Shown here: positions 1 to 10,836 of the stretch, piece by piece
How positions within the stretch are numbered: the first letter of the stretch is position 1
Layout of the letters: each line of letters begins with the position of its first letter
Assembly (NCBI GenBank): GCA_965226495.1
Contig: OZ245365.1
Span: 4,512,001-4,576,000, forward strand
From: Candidatus Marinacidobacterales bacterium
GTDB lineage: Bacteria; Acidobacteriota; Vicinamibacteria; Marinacidobacterales; DATDRI01
Direction of reading: 5' to 3'
DNA length: 64,000 nucleotides
The notes under the pieces: model-generated
Databases searched by the model: none
Told to the model about the DNA's origin: nothing
The model's input: the letters and a program-made list of their open reading frames with translations, nothing else
Translations under genes and position numbers: made by a program

Positions 1-2
1 TG

Positions 3-2168
3 GATGGAGGAGCTAACTTCGAGCGCATCGACCAGTTTCACGTGGACAATATGGCGCTCTGGATCGATCCCCAGAACCCGAAGCGACTGATCAACGGTAA
101 CGATGGCGGCGCCAATATTTCGGTCAATGGGGGGCAGACATGGACCCGTTCCGACGACAACCAGCCGCTCGGACAGTTCTATCGCGTGATCACCGATAAC
201 CAATTCCCCTACCACATCTACGGTGGGCAACAAGATTGGGGAACCCTTGCCATCGCCAGCCGGGGAGTTGGCGCTGCAATCGCGCGAACCGATTGGTACG
301 CCGTCGGCGGATGCGAAATGGGATGGGCGGCGCCCGATCCGCGAAATGCCGACATCGTTTATGCCGGGTGCACCGATGGAGGCATCAGTCGCTTCGATCG
401 ACGCACCGGACGAAATCAGTCCATCGAACCCTGGCCCGAGACCAACATCGGTCATAGTGCCGCCGATGCCAAGTACCGATTTCAATGGACCGCGCCGATC
501 CTGATTTCGCCTCACGATCCCAGCGTGCTCTACATGACATCGAACGTCCTCCACCGGTCCACCGACGAAGGGATGAGTTGGGAGGTGATTAGTCCCGACC
601 TCAGCCGAAACGACAAGAGTAAACAAGGGCCCGCCGGCGGACCCATCACCAAGGACAACGTGGGCACCGAAGTCTACGGAACCATTTATGCTTTCGACGA
701 GTCACCGGTACAAAAGGGACTCCTCTGGGCGGGGACCGATGACGGCCTCGTACACCTGAGCCGGGACGCCGGAGAGAACTGGTCCGACGTGACGCCGGCG
801 AATCTACCCGAATGGAGCCGCGTCAACATGGTCGATGCCTCCCCGCACGAGCCGGGGGCAGCTTACCTCGCCATCGATCGCCACGAGCTCAACGACTACA
901 AACCCTACATCTATAAGACCACTGACTTCGGGGCGACCTGGGTGGTCGTCGGCAAAGGCATTCCGGATGGAACGTTCGTTCGCGTGGTGCGCGAAGACGA
1001 CGTCCGCCGTGGATTGCTCTACGCCGGCACCGAGACCGGGATCTACGTCTCGCTTGATGACGGAGCGAATTGGCAGTCTTTGCAGCTCAATCTGCCCGTG
1101 ACCCCGATCTGGGACCTAGCCGTCAAGGACAACGACCTGGTCATCGCGACCCACGGGCGTGCTTTTTGGGTTCTGGATGACGTGAGCCCGCTTCGCACCC
1201 TCAATGCCGACGTTGCGGCGGAGCCCGTTCATCTATTCTCGCCGAGCCCCGCACACAGAGTCCGCGATGAGTTCGGTCGAGAACGACTCCCTCACGGCGA
1301 CAACCCTCCTCCGGGCGCCATCATTTATTATAACTTGGGGACCGAGCCGAGCGGTGAAGTGAAGATCTCCATCTTGGATGGCGGGGGAAACTTGGTTCAG
1401 GCCTTCTCGAGCTCTGCGAGTACCAAAGAACCCTTCAGCAAGTCGACACCCGTCGGCACCGCAGCGGGCCTCAACCGTTTCGTCTGGGACCTGCGCTACC
1501 CGGGACCGGAGCTCATCCCGGATCACGTGCTCTTCATGCATCCACCCCCGACGCCACCGGTGGGTGCACTGGCCATGCCTGGAAGCTACACCGTCCGCAT
1601 CGAAGCCGATGGCGTCTCGTTGAGTGAGCCCCTCGAGGTCAAGCAAGACCCCCGCGTCTTGACCGGCACCGAGGAGATTCGCGCCCAGTTCGATTTCCAC
1701 CAACAGCTCGTGGACTCTCTATCTACCATCACACGAACCGTTCTCGAGCTACGGCGCTTGAAGGATGAGCTTGCGGCACTCCAACAGAGGGCAGACAATT
1801 TGGACGCCGACCGTGTCGCAGCAGCTAGCAAGAATCTCGAAAAGAAACTCGCCTCGATCGAAGAAACTCTCATCGAGCCTCGTATGCAGACCGGAGGCGA
1901 TGCCTCCGGAGCCGGAGGCGATGCGTTCCACTATCCCATCAAGCTCGACAACAAGCTCTCGTTACTTATCGGCGTCGTGGGTAACTCCGACCGCTCTCCG
2001 ACCAAACAGTCCTACGACGTCTACGACAGCTTGATGGACCGCATCCGCACTCAGTACGCGAACCTCGATGAGATGCTGTCCAATGAGATACCGGCTCTCA
2101 ATCGATTGGCCACCGAGAGCGGAGTGCCAGCCGTGGTCGCCGGAGAGGCCCCGGGCGAGACCCGATAG
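3..2168 (+). CDS. BNR/Asp-box (VPS10/sortilin-like) beta-propeller glycosyl-hydrolase-like protein, 5'-truncated by window edge
   Basis: Frame is open from base 3 (DGGANFERIDQFHVDN...). Repeated S/T-x-D-x-G-x-T/S/N-W Asp-boxes (SVNGGQTW, STDEGMSW, SRDAGENW, TTDFGATW, SLDDGANW) and a C-terminal coiled coil. Confidence 0.85.
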   Translation, partial: DGGANFERIDQFHVDNMALWIDPQNPKRLINGNDGGANISVNGGQTWTRSDDNQPLGQFYRVITDNQFPYHIYGGQQDWGTLAIASRGVGAAIARTDWYAVGGCEMGWAAPDPRNADIVYAGCTDGGISRFDRRTGRNQSIEPWPETNIGHSAADAKYRFQWTAPILISPHDPSVLYMTSNVLHRSTDEGMSWEVISPDLSRNDKSKQGPAGGPITKDNVGTEVYGTIYAFDESPVQKGLLWAGTDDGLVHLSRDAGENWSDVTPANLPEWSRVNMVDASPHEPGAAYLAIDRHELNDYKPYIYKTTDFGATWVVVGKGIPDGTFVRVVREDDVRRGLLYAGTETGIYVSLDDGANWQSLQLNLPVTPIWDLAVKDNDLVIATHGRAFWVLDDVSPLRTLNADVAAEPVHLFSPSPAHRVRDEFGRERLPHGDNPPPGAIIYYNLGTEPSGEVKISILDGGGNLVQAFSSSASTKEPFSKSTPVGTAAGLNRFVWDLRYPGPELIPDHVLFMHPPPTPPVGALAMPGSYTVRIEADGVSLSEPLEVKQDPRVLTGTEEIRAQFDFHQQLVDSLSTITRTVLELRRLKDELAALQQRADNLDADRVAAASKNLEKKLASIEETLIEPRMQTGGDASGAGGDAFHYPIKLDNKLSLLIGVVGNSDRSPTKQSYDVYDSLMDRIRTQYANLDEMLSNEIPALNRLATESGVPAVVAGEAPGETR

Positions 2169-2194
2169 CTCCGAGTCTAGTTAGATTTCAAGGA

Positions 2195-2564
2195 TCAGCG
2201 CCATGTTTTCCTCAAACGCTGACTAGTCGCCTCGAGCTCCCGAGCGGTTTTTTCGTCGAATTTCCCCAGGACGGATATCGCGTCTCGGACGCTGCGGTCG
2301 TGATCCTCGAGCTCATCGAAGTAATTCTCGAGCGCTTCTTGTACCAGCTTCGAAACGCCCTTCTCGCCCCGCCGGGCGGCGAGGTCGAGCAGTCTGGCGT
2401 GTTGTTCGTCCGTCTCGGACGCTGCGGTCGTGATCCTCGAGCTCATCGAAGTAATTCTCGAGCGCTTCTTGTACCAGCTTCGAAACGCCCTTCTCGCCCC
2501 GCCGGGCGGCGAGGTCGAGCAGTCTGGCGTGTTGTTCGTCCGTGATCTCGACCATCGTCCACAT
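2195..2564 (-). pseudogene. Ribbon-helix-helix (CopG/VapB-like) antitoxin-type gene disrupted by a 130-bp tandem duplication; no cognate toxin adjacent
   Basis: Removing one repeat copy gives MWTMVEITDEQHARLLDLAARRGEKGVSKLVQEALENYFDELEDHDRSVRDAISVLGKFDEKTARELEATSQRLRKTWR, a typical RHH antitoxin pattern. Confidence 0.65.
2281..2543. repeat. Perfect 130-bp tandem duplication (2281-2410 and 2411-2540)
   Basis: Both units begin cgtctcggacgctgcgg and end ggcgtgttgttcgtc. Confidence 0.95.
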
Positions 2565-2607
2565 TAGGCTGTTTAGTAGCCATGCCGATGCATGTCGAGC
2601 ACTGGGA

Positions 2608-2659
2608 CTGTTACCTTTCGTTACTAAACTTGTCCGGACGAGATTTCGCGAAATCTCGT
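2608..2659. repeat. Dispersed GTTAC-N5-GTTAC + GTCCGGAC motif with a 22-bp palindrome (copy left of kinase array)
   Basis: ctGTTACctttcGTTACtaaacttGTCCGGACg, overlapping the palindrome acgagatttcgcgaaatctcgt (2638-2659). Related copies at 19401-19429, 34758-34793 and 59517-59604. Confidence 0.7.
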
Positions 2660-2674
2660 TAACTTTCCCTCCTA

Positions 2675-2720
2675 CAGCGAGGGATTGACTTTTCGCCCTG
2701 TATACAGCTATTTTCACCAC
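2675..2720 (+). promoter_or_regulatory. Conserved sigma70-like promoter of kinase array (TTGACT-N18-TATTTT)
   Basis: TTGACT at 2685-2690, TATTTT at 2709-2714. Near-identical copies precede the kinase genes at 34417-34457 and 38781-38819 (minus strand). Confidence 0.65.
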
Positions 2721-2745
2721 TACTTGGTTTGCTTCCTTCCTTGAA

Positions 2746-2778
2746 ACCCTCTCCCTCTGGGAGAGGGTAGGGTGAGGG
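2746..2778. repeat. REP-like palindromic element (CCCTCTCCC...GGGAGAGGG-TAGGGTGAGGG)
   Basis: Hairpin accctctccc-tct-gggagagggt plus GGGTGAGGG tail. Other copies at 30122, 30184, 38721 and 55684. Confidence 0.8.
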
Positions 2779-2782
2779 CTAG

Positions 2783-5476
2783 ATGGCACTCTCGGCGGGT
2801 ACGAAGTTAGGACCCTACGAAATTCTTGCGCCGATCGGCGCCGGTGGGATGGGTGAAGTCTACAAAGCCACCGACACACGGCTTGAGCGCACCGTCGCCA
2901 TCAAAGTCCTCCCCTCGCACGTAGCCAGCAACCCCGACGTCCGCGCGCGCTTCGAGCGTGAAGCTCGCGCTGTCTCGAGCTTGAATCATCCCCATATCTG
3001 CACGCTCCATGACATCGGTCACCAAGACGGCGTCGACTTCATCGTCATGGAGCACATCGAGGGCGAAACGCTCGCCGATCGACTGAAGAAAGGCGCGCTT
3101 CCGTTCGACGATGCCCTGCAATACGGCATCGAGATCGCCGACGCGCTCGATAAAGCCCACCGTCAAGGCGTGGTGCACCGGGATCTGAAGCCCGGCAACA
3201 TCATGCTCACGAAGTCCGGAGCCAAGCTCCTCGACTTCGGACTCGCGAAGTTGTCAGTGGCCGGCTCCGGTCCCGATCTGTCGGCGCTCCCCACCGAGCA
3301 AAAATCTCTTACCCAACCAGGCGCCATTTTGGGCACGTTCCAATACATGGCCCCTGAGCAGTTGGAAGGGAAAGAGGCCGACGCCCGAACCGATGTCTTT
3401 GCCTTCGGCGCCGTCCTCTACGAGATGCTGACCGGGCACCGGGCTTTCGAGGGTAAGAGCCAGGCGAGCCTCATTGGAGCGATTCTCAAAGACGAACCCC
3501 CGCCCATCAGCACCGTCCAGACCATGACGCCGCCGGCGTTGGATCACGTGGTCCAACGCTGTCTCGCGAAAGATCCCGACGACCGCTGGCAAACGGCGTC
3601 CGACGTTCTCCACGAGTTGAAGTGGACATCGAAGGAGGGCTCACCGGCAGTAGGTGTAGCGCCAGCCGAGTCGGCGCGCGCGGGCCGCCGAGGCGTGACA
3701 CCGGTCCTCGCCGCATGGCTTGTCGGCGCCATCATGGCCGGCGTAGCCGTGTGGGCTCTGACCAGCCACGCTCCAGATGCTTCTTTGAAGCGTCTATCCG
3801 TCAGCTTGCCCGCGGAAGCACCTTACGCGGGGCCCGGCGGTCATGCTCTGTCTCCGGACGGGACACGTCTGGTTTACGGCGCGGTGGTTGGTGGCAGACG
3901 GCAGCTTTATACTCGCGCCCTCGACCGATTCGATCCCCAGCTGATGCCGGGTACGGAAGACGCTGCCACTGTTTTCTTCTCCCCGGATGGAGAGTGGGTG
4001 GGATTTGTTACACAGCCCGAAAACAAATTGAAGAAAGTGTCCGTGCACGGAGGCCCGCCGTTGACTCTATGCGACGCGATATTTCTTGGGGGTTCTTGGG
4101 GTGCCGAGGATGCCATCGTTTTCGTGGCCCAGTCGGGTGGCGGTCTGAGCTTGGCCCGTGTCTCGGCTTCCGGAGGCGAGCCCGAGGTACTCACGACGCC
4201 GGATATCGCGAAAGGCGAGCGCCATGGATGGCCGCAGATTCTGCCCGGGGGCGAGGCAGTGCTCTTCTCCATCACGAGCGGCAGCTTCAATGTGGGCCAG
4301 ATTGCGGTCCTCTCTCTGGAAACGGGCGAGTACCGTACCGTCGTGGAACCAGGATACAACGCCCAATATGTGCCTTCGGGTCACATCGTCTATACCGTTG
4401 GGGGAGCTCTGATGGCGGCGCCGTTCGACGTGGATGGGCTCGAAACCACGGGCGCGCCGGGCCCCGTCTTGGAGGGGATACTAACGAATCCGGGTTTGGG
4501 TGGAACCAGTTTCGCCTTTTCTCGAGATGGATCCCTCGCATACGTACCAGGAGGTAGTACCCCAGTAGCAGCGGCTACCTTGGCGTTGGTCGATCGTGAA
4601 GGAGTAGCCAGTCCCTTAGTCGAAGCGCCGCGGTTTTATACACTTCCTCGTTTCTCACCCGATGGCCAACGGGTAGCCGTCACGATACGAGTTGAGGGAG
4701 ATCGAGACATCTGGATTTATGAGTTGGCGCGAGGCACGTTGACCCGTCTGACGTTCGAGGGCGGCGCCTATGGCGTGTGGTCCCCTGACGGTCTACAAGT
4801 GGCCTTTGGTTTGGGGCGGGCAGCAGGCGGTCCCGTTTCCGATATTCTTGCAAAACCCGCCGATGGTAGTGGCGAAGCGGCCCAGCTGACACCGGCCGAA
4901 AACAACAATGGCCTGAGTCCTGCCTCCTGGTCCCCCGATGGCGAGGTCCTGGTCTTCGCGCACTTGACGGGAGGAGGGGCTGGGGACATCGGGGTACTTC
5001 CGCTGGGGGGAGAGCCTAAGCCAGAGCTTGTCCTTCAGGCGACCTTCCGGGAATCTCACCCGAAGCTGTCACCGGACGGGCGGTGGCTCGCCTACACCTC
5101 GGATGAGTCGGGTCAGCCGGAAGTTTATGTGCAACCCTTTCCCGACCTTGTTGGCAAGTGGCAGATTTCGACCGGAGGGGGGACGGAACCCGTGTGGTCA
5201 CCCAAAGGGGCAGAGCTTTTCTATCGGACCGGCGACCAGATGATGGTGGTCCAGTACGGAACGGAGCCGACATTCAGTCCGTCCAAACCGATTGTATTGT
5301 TCGAGGGAAGCTATGCGCCGCATTCTGTGAACCGAGCTGCCAATTACGACGTCTCTCCCGACGGCCAGCACTTCGTCATGGTCCAGCCCGTCCAGGGTAC
5401 GTCGGCCATGACCGAAATCAACGTCGTCCTCAATTGGTTCGAAGAGCTCGAACGGCTCGTTCCCACCGATAACTAA
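2783..5476 (+). CDS. Ser/Thr protein kinase-TM-TolB/PD40-like beta-propeller (array gene 1)
   Basis: [21 protein letters not shown] and APE motifs, a hydrophobic segment, multiple SPDG repeats, C-terminal VVLNWFEEL. Confidence 0.95.
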   Translation: MALSAGTKLGPYEILAPIGAGGMGEVYKATDTRLERTVAIKVLPSHVASNPDVRARFEREARAVSSLNHPHICTLHDIGHQDGVDFIVMEHIEGETLADRLKKGALPFDDALQYGIEIADALDKAHRQGVVHRDLKPGNIMLTKSGAKLLDFGLAKLSVAGSGPDLSALPTEQKSLTQPGAILGTFQYMAPEQLEGKEADARTDVFAFGAVLYEMLTGHRAFEGKSQASLIGAILKDEPPPISTVQTMTPPALDHVVQRCLAKDPDDRWQTASDVLHELKWTSKEGSPAVGVAPAESARAGRRGVTPVLAAWLVGAIMAGVAVWALTSHAPDASLKRLSVSLPAEAPYAGPGGHALSPDGTRLVYGAVVGGRRQLYTRALDRFDPQLMPGTEDAATVFFSPDGEWVGFVTQPENKLKKVSVHGGPPLTLCDAIFLGGSWGAEDAIVFVAQSGGGLSLARVSASGGEPEVLTTPDIAKGERHGWPQILPGGEAVLFSITSGSFNVGQIAVLSLETGEYRTVVEPGYNAQYVPSGHIVYTVGGALMAAPFDVDGLETTGAPGPVLEGILTNPGLGGTSFAFSRDGSLAYVPGGSTPVAAATLALVDREGVASPLVEAPRFYTLPRFSPDGQRVAVTIRVEGDRDIWIYELARGTLTRLTFEGGAYGVWSPDGLQVAFGLGRAAGGPVSDILAKPADGSGEAAQLTPAENNNGLSPASWSPDGEVLVFAHLTGGGAGDIGVLPLGGEPKPELVLQATFRESHPKLSPDGRWLAYTSDESGQPEVYVQPFPDLVGKWQISTGGGTEPVWSPKGAELFYRTGDQMMVVQYGTEPTFSPSKPIVLFEGSYAPHSVNRAANYDVSPDGQHFVMVQPVQGTSAMTEINVVLNWFEELERLVPTDN

Positions 5477-5477
5477 G

Positions 5478-8144
5478 ATGGCACTCGCCGCGGGCACGCA
5501 ATTAGGGCCTTACGAGATCCTCTCCCCCATCGGTGCGGGTGGGATGGGAGAAGTCTACCGCGCTCTCGATCCCAAGCTCGGTCGCGAAGTCGCGATCAAG
5601 ATCCTTCCCACCGAAGTCGTGCAAGCTCCTGAGCGTCTCGCCCGCTTTCGCAGGGAAGCTCGGGTGTTGGCATCGCTGAACCATCCCCACATCGCCGCCA
5701 TTCATGGTCTCGAGGAAGCCGGAGGCCGGCCTTTCCTCGTGCTCGAGTTGGTGGACGGCGAAGACCTCTCGGAGAGGATAAAGCGAGGCGCGGTACCGGT
5801 AGATGAAGCCCTCGAAATCGCACGCCAAGTCGCGCAAGCACTCGAAGAAGCGCACGAAAAAGGAATCGTGCACCGAGACCTGAAGCCTGCCAACATTGCC
5901 GTGACCCCCGATGGCAAAGTCAAAGTGTTGGACTTCGGATTGGCCAAGGCCTACGAAGGAGATACTGGGGAAGTATCCGCGGAGCTTTCGCAATCTCCAA
6001 CCCTCTCCCGCCCCGCGACGGCCACGGGAGTGATTCTCGGCACCGCCGCTTACATGTCCCCCGAGCAAGCGCGGGGCAAGAAGGTGGACCAACGCGCCGA
6101 CATTTGGGCTTTCGGGGTGGTCTTGTACGAGATGCTCTCGGGGCGTCCTCTCTTCATCGGCGAGACGGTGTCCGACGTTCTGGCCGGCGTCCTGCGCGCC
6201 GAGCCTGATTGGAGTGCGTTACCCGCCGAAATGCCGACCTCCATCCGACGGCTCCTGCAGCGCTGCTTGAAGCGGGATCCGAAAACACGACTTCGACACG
6301 CTGGCGATGTTTTGCTCGAGATCGATGATGCCCCAGAAACTGCAGCGAAAGTGGAAGACGCGGCCCCGCCCTCGGCGCTACGTCAGGCGCTGCCGTGGGT
6401 AGTAGCGCTGGCTTTGCTTCTCCTCGGCGTTGGGCTGGGGAAATTGGTAAGCGACCGTGTGCGGGGACAGGAACGCGTCGTGCGCGCGGAAATTCCTCCG
6501 CCGGAAGGAACGAATTTCCATTTGCACCACGGGAGTCCCGGTCCGGCCGTTCTCTCGCCGGACGGACGGAAGATAGCATTCTCGGCGATTGGCGCCGATG
6601 GCACGGTCCGTCTCTACGTCCGGCCGCTCGACTCCGACGATGCCAACGTACTCGAAGGAACCGAAGGTGCCGAGTATCCTTTTTGGTCGCCCGACAGCTT
6701 GTCGATCGCTTTCTTTGCGAACGGGAAGCTCAATCGAATCGACGTCACTGGGGGTGCCCCCGTGCCCCTTTGTGATGCACGGTGGGGCAACGGCGGAAGT
6801 TGGGGACCCGACGGGGTGATCGTTTTCGCCCCGGACATTCTGACACCTATTCACCGAGTTTCTGCGGACGGAGGTGACTCCGTCCCGATAACCAAGCTAA
6901 ATGTCGACCGCGGCGACAACTCCCATCGCCACCCGCGGTTCTTGCCCGATGGCCGGCACTTTCTGTACTTGGCAAGAGTCCCCGGCAAGAACTTCGAAGA
7001 CAGCTGGGTGATGGTGGGTTCCGTGGATGGCAGTGTAGAGAAACCATTGCTGAACTCATCGGCCGCGGCGGCGTATGCCTCTGGGCGCCTGCTTTTTATG
7101 CGCGGAAGTGTTCTCATGGCTCAACGATTCGATCCCGCGCGGCTCAAGCTCGAAGGAAATGCGGCACCGGTTGCGCGCGATGTTCGCACAATCGCAGGCA
7201 ACGCGTACGCCGTTTTTTCCGCCGACCATGGGTCAACACTTCTCTACCAAACAGGAACGGGGAGTATCGACCGCAACCTGGAATGGTTCACCCGAGATGG
7301 AAGTAAAGTCGCGTCGTTGGGTGATGGCGCCATTTACTTTTACGTCGCCCTCTCGCCGGACGCTGCGCTTGCCGCAGTGATGATCGGAGACCCCAGTACC
7401 GGAACCCCGGACCTCTGGGTGTACGAAATCGACCGCAATCTCAGAACGCCAATCACCTTGGACCCGGGTCAGGACATCGGACCCGTTTGGCATCCCGACG
7501 GACTGGCGCTAGCGTTCGGCTCCAATCGAAAGGGACCGTACAACCTTTACCGAACAACCGTTTTTGAATCGAGCGAACCAGAGCTTCTTTTCGAATCGGA
7601 GGAGAACAAACTACCGACGAGTTGGTCGCCCGATGGAAAGTTGCTTGCCTTCGGGCGCCAAGGTGCAGAAACCGGGTGGGATATTTGGATCTTGCCGTTG
7701 ACGGACGACGGCGAGCCCTATAGTTTTATCCAAACGCGCTTTCAAGAAACGTGGGGCATGTTCTCGCCGGATGGGCGCTGGATGGCCTACGTTAGTGACA
7801 AGTCCGGACAACAAGAAGTATACGTCACGCCCTTCCCGGGGCCGGGCCGCAAACGGCAGCTCTCGACCGACGGAGGAGCTTCGCCTGTGTGGCGTCAGGA
7901 TGGTCAGGAGATCTTTTATCAAGGTCTGGACGCCAAAATTCGGGCCGTGGCTGTCCGTCCCCAGGGTGACGTGCTCGAGCTTGGACAAGTAACGACGCTA
8001 TTTGAAACGATGCCATCTGGCCCCGCGCGTATCTTCTCACCAACCCCCGATGCAACGAAGTTTTTGGTCATCACTCAGGGTGAAGCACCACCCCCTGGCC
8101 CCCTCAAGCTAGTAACCAATTGGACCGCGGAGCTCGACCAATGA
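5478..8144 (+). CDS. Ser/Thr protein kinase-TM-beta-propeller (array gene 2; different kinase subtype)
   Basis: HRDLKPAN, DFG, SPE. Kinase subtype LGREVAIKILP...ERLARFRREARVLASLNHPHI. SPDG repeats. Confidence 0.95.
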   Translation: MALAAGTQLGPYEILSPIGAGGMGEVYRALDPKLGREVAIKILPTEVVQAPERLARFRREARVLASLNHPHIAAIHGLEEAGGRPFLVLELVDGEDLSERIKRGAVPVDEALEIARQVAQALEEAHEKGIVHRDLKPANIAVTPDGKVKVLDFGLAKAYEGDTGEVSAELSQSPTLSRPATATGVILGTAAYMSPEQARGKKVDQRADIWAFGVVLYEMLSGRPLFIGETVSDVLAGVLRAEPDWSALPAEMPTSIRRLLQRCLKRDPKTRLRHAGDVLLEIDDAPETAAKVEDAAPPSALRQALPWVVALALLLLGVGLGKLVSDRVRGQERVVRAEIPPPEGTNFHLHHGSPGPAVLSPDGRKIAFSAIGADGTVRLYVRPLDSDDANVLEGTEGAEYPFWSPDSLSIAFFANGKLNRIDVTGGAPVPLCDARWGNGGSWGPDGVIVFAPDILTPIHRVSADGGDSVPITKLNVDRGDNSHRHPRFLPDGRHFLYLARVPGKNFEDSWVMVGSVDGSVEKPLLNSSAAAAYASGRLLFMRGSVLMAQRFDPARLKLEGNAAPVARDVRTIAGNAYAVFSADHGSTLLYQTGTGSIDRNLEWFTRDGSKVASLGDGAIYFYVALSPDAALAAVMIGDPSTGTPDLWVYEIDRNLRTPITLDPGQDIGPVWHPDGLALAFGSNRKGPYNLYRTTVFESSEPELLFESEENKLPTSWSPDGKLLAFGRQGAETGWDIWILPLTDDGEPYSFIQTRFQETWGMFSPDGRWMAYVSDKSGQQEVYVTPFPGPGRKRQLSTDGGASPVWRQDGQEIFYQGLDAKIRAVAVRPQGDVLELGQVTTLFETMPSGPARIFSPTPDATKFLVITQGEAPPPGPLKLVTNWTAELDQ

Positions 8145-10836
8145 CCATCGCGTCGGGAACCAAGCTGGGTCCTTACGAAATCGTCGGGGCCATTGGCGCC
8201 GGCGGCATGGGCGAAGTCTACAAGGCCACCGACACGCGGCTCGAGCGCACGGTGGCCATCAAAGTTCTCCCCTCTCACGTTTCTAACAACCCTCAGGTTC
8301 GAGAGCGCTTCGACCGCGAAGCCCGCACGATCTCCAAGCTAAACCATCCCCACATCTGCACGTTGCACGACGTCGGCCGGGAAAACGGCGTGGACTTCCT
8401 AGTGATGGAGCATATCGAGGGGGAAACCCTCGCCGAGCGATTGGAGAAAGGTGCGCTTCCGCTCGAGCAAGCACTGCAGCACGGGATTGAAATCGCCGAC
8501 GCCCTCGACAAAGCGCACCGTCAAGGCGTCGTCCACCGGGACCTGAAACCCGGCAACATCATGCTCACGAAGTCCGGAGCGAAGCTGCTGGACTTTGGCC
8601 TTGCCAAGATGTCGGCCCCCGGCTCGGGACCGGATTTATCCTCGCTTCCTACAGAGCAGAAGTCTCTTACCCAGCCCGGAGCCATCTTAGGAACGTTTCA
8701 GTACATGGCGCCCGAGCAGCTCGAAGGCAAAGAGGCCGACGCGCGAACCGACATCTTCGCCTTCGGCGCAGTGGCCTACGAAATGGTAACCGGACGCCGG
8801 GCATTCGAAGGCAAGAGCCAGGCCAGCCTCATTGGAGCGATTCTCAAAGACAATCCTCCGCCTCTATCGACCCTTCAATCGATGTCTCCGCCGTTGCTGG
8901 ATCACGTGATCCGAAGATGTCTAGCCAAGGAGCCCGACGATCGCTGGCAAGCGGCTTCGGACGTGATGCGGGAGCTGAAGTGGATCGGCGAAGCCGGAGA
9001 GGCACCCGTAGAAACGACCGCCGTGACTCGGCCCTCGGCCCTACGTCGAATGCTGCCCTGGTTGGCGGCGCTCGGCTTGCTTTTTGTCGGTGCAGGACTA
9101 GGAAAATGGACGACGGACCCGTCGCGGAGGCCGGAGCGCGTTGTCCGTTCTGTCATTCCGCCGCCGGAAGGAGCGACGTTCCATTTACATCACACAGGCC
9201 CCGGCCCTGCCGTTCTCTCACCGGACGGCCGGAACGTCGCATTCTCGGCACGAGACGCCGGTGGTGCGGTGCGTCTCTATGTCCGCCCGCTCGACTCCGA
9301 CGACGCCCGGGTCCTCGTAGGGACGGAAGGCGCACAGTATCCTTTCTGGTCGCCCAACAGCGCGTCCATCGGCTTTTTTGCAAACGAACAGCTCATGAGA
9401 ATCGACGTCGCCGGGGGAGCGCCTATGACCGTTTCTAGAGCTTTCGACGGGAAGGGCGGAAGCTGGGGACCCGGCGGGCAGATCCTGTTTGCGCCTAACT
9501 CTCGGACACCGATTCATTACGTATCTGAGGTTGGAGGCGAATCCATCGCTATTACCGAGTTCAATGACGAGCGGGGAGAAGACTCCCATCGCCACCCTCG
9601 TTTCTTACCCGACGGCCGCCGGTTTTTGTATCTGGCGCGGATTCCCGGCAACAACTTTGAAAACAGTGCCGTCATGGTGGGCTCGTTGGACGATGGTGAA
9701 GATGAGCTGCTCCTTCGTTCAGCCGCCGCGGCGGCACACGTCTCTGGACATCTCCTCTTCGTGAGGGCCGGCACTCTCTTGGCTCAGCGGTTTGACCCGG
9801 CGCGGCTCGAGCTCACAGGAGATGCGGTTCCGATTGCGGAAGACGTTCGGCTAATCTCGGGCAATGCATACGCAGTCTACTCTGCGCAAGAGAAAACCCT
9901 TCTCTACCAAAGAGGCCAGGAGAGTATCGGTGGCAGGTTGGAATGGTTCGTCCGAGACGGGAGTAGTCTCGGCTACCTAGGGGATCGCGCTATTTATGGA
10001 CATGTTTCCATCTCGCCTGACGGTGAGCACGCCGCTGTCGTGATCGGCGACATGAATAGTGCATCCTTTGATGTATGGGTTTACGAAATCGCCCGCAATC
10101 TCCCAACCCGGGTTACCTTTGACCCGCGTGCAGAGCACGCACCCGTTTGGCACCCCGATGGTACATCCTTGGCGTTCGCCTCCAATCGAAAGGGGCCATT
10201 CAACCTCTACCGCAAGAGCGTTTTCGAATCGAGCGAATCAGAGCTTCTGCTGGAATCGGAGACGGCTAAGTTTCCGACGAGTTGGTCCCCCGACGGACAG
10301 TTGCTTGCCTTCGACCAATCAACCGACGAGACACGGGGCGATCTATGGGTCTTGCCGCTGGCGGGCGACCGTCAGCCTTATAGCTTTATCCAAACGCGTT
10401 TCCAAGAAACGACAGGCACGTTTTCACCGGATGGAAATTGGACGCAGGCACGTTTTCACCGGATGGAAATTGGATGGCCTACGTTAGTGACAAGTCCGGA
10501 CAACAGGAAGTGTACGTCACGTCATTCCCGGAGCCAGGACGAAGTTGGCGGATCTCGACCGATGGAGGAGACTGGCCTGCCTGGCGGCAAGATGGTCAGG
10601 AGATCCTCTATACAGACCACGACGGCCGGGTTCGGTCCGTGGCCGTTCGTCCACAGGACGGGACACTCGAGGTCGGAGAAGCAACTCCGCTGTTCGGAAT
10701 AACGCGAACGCGATTCGGCCGTGTCTTTTGGCCAACGTCTGACGCAACCAAGTTCTTGGTCATAACCCAGGGCGACGCGCCACCCCCTGGCCCACTCAAG
10801 CTAGTGACTAATTGGACCGCGGAGCTCGAGCAATGA
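8141..10836 (+). CDS. Ser/Thr protein kinase-TM-beta-propeller (array gene 3); apparent frameshift at ~10443 from a 32-bp duplication
   Basis: ATG overlaps the gene 2 stop (ATGA). ORF 10438-10836 supplies a C-terminus homologous to gene 2 ([18 protein letters not shown]). Confidence 0.9.
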
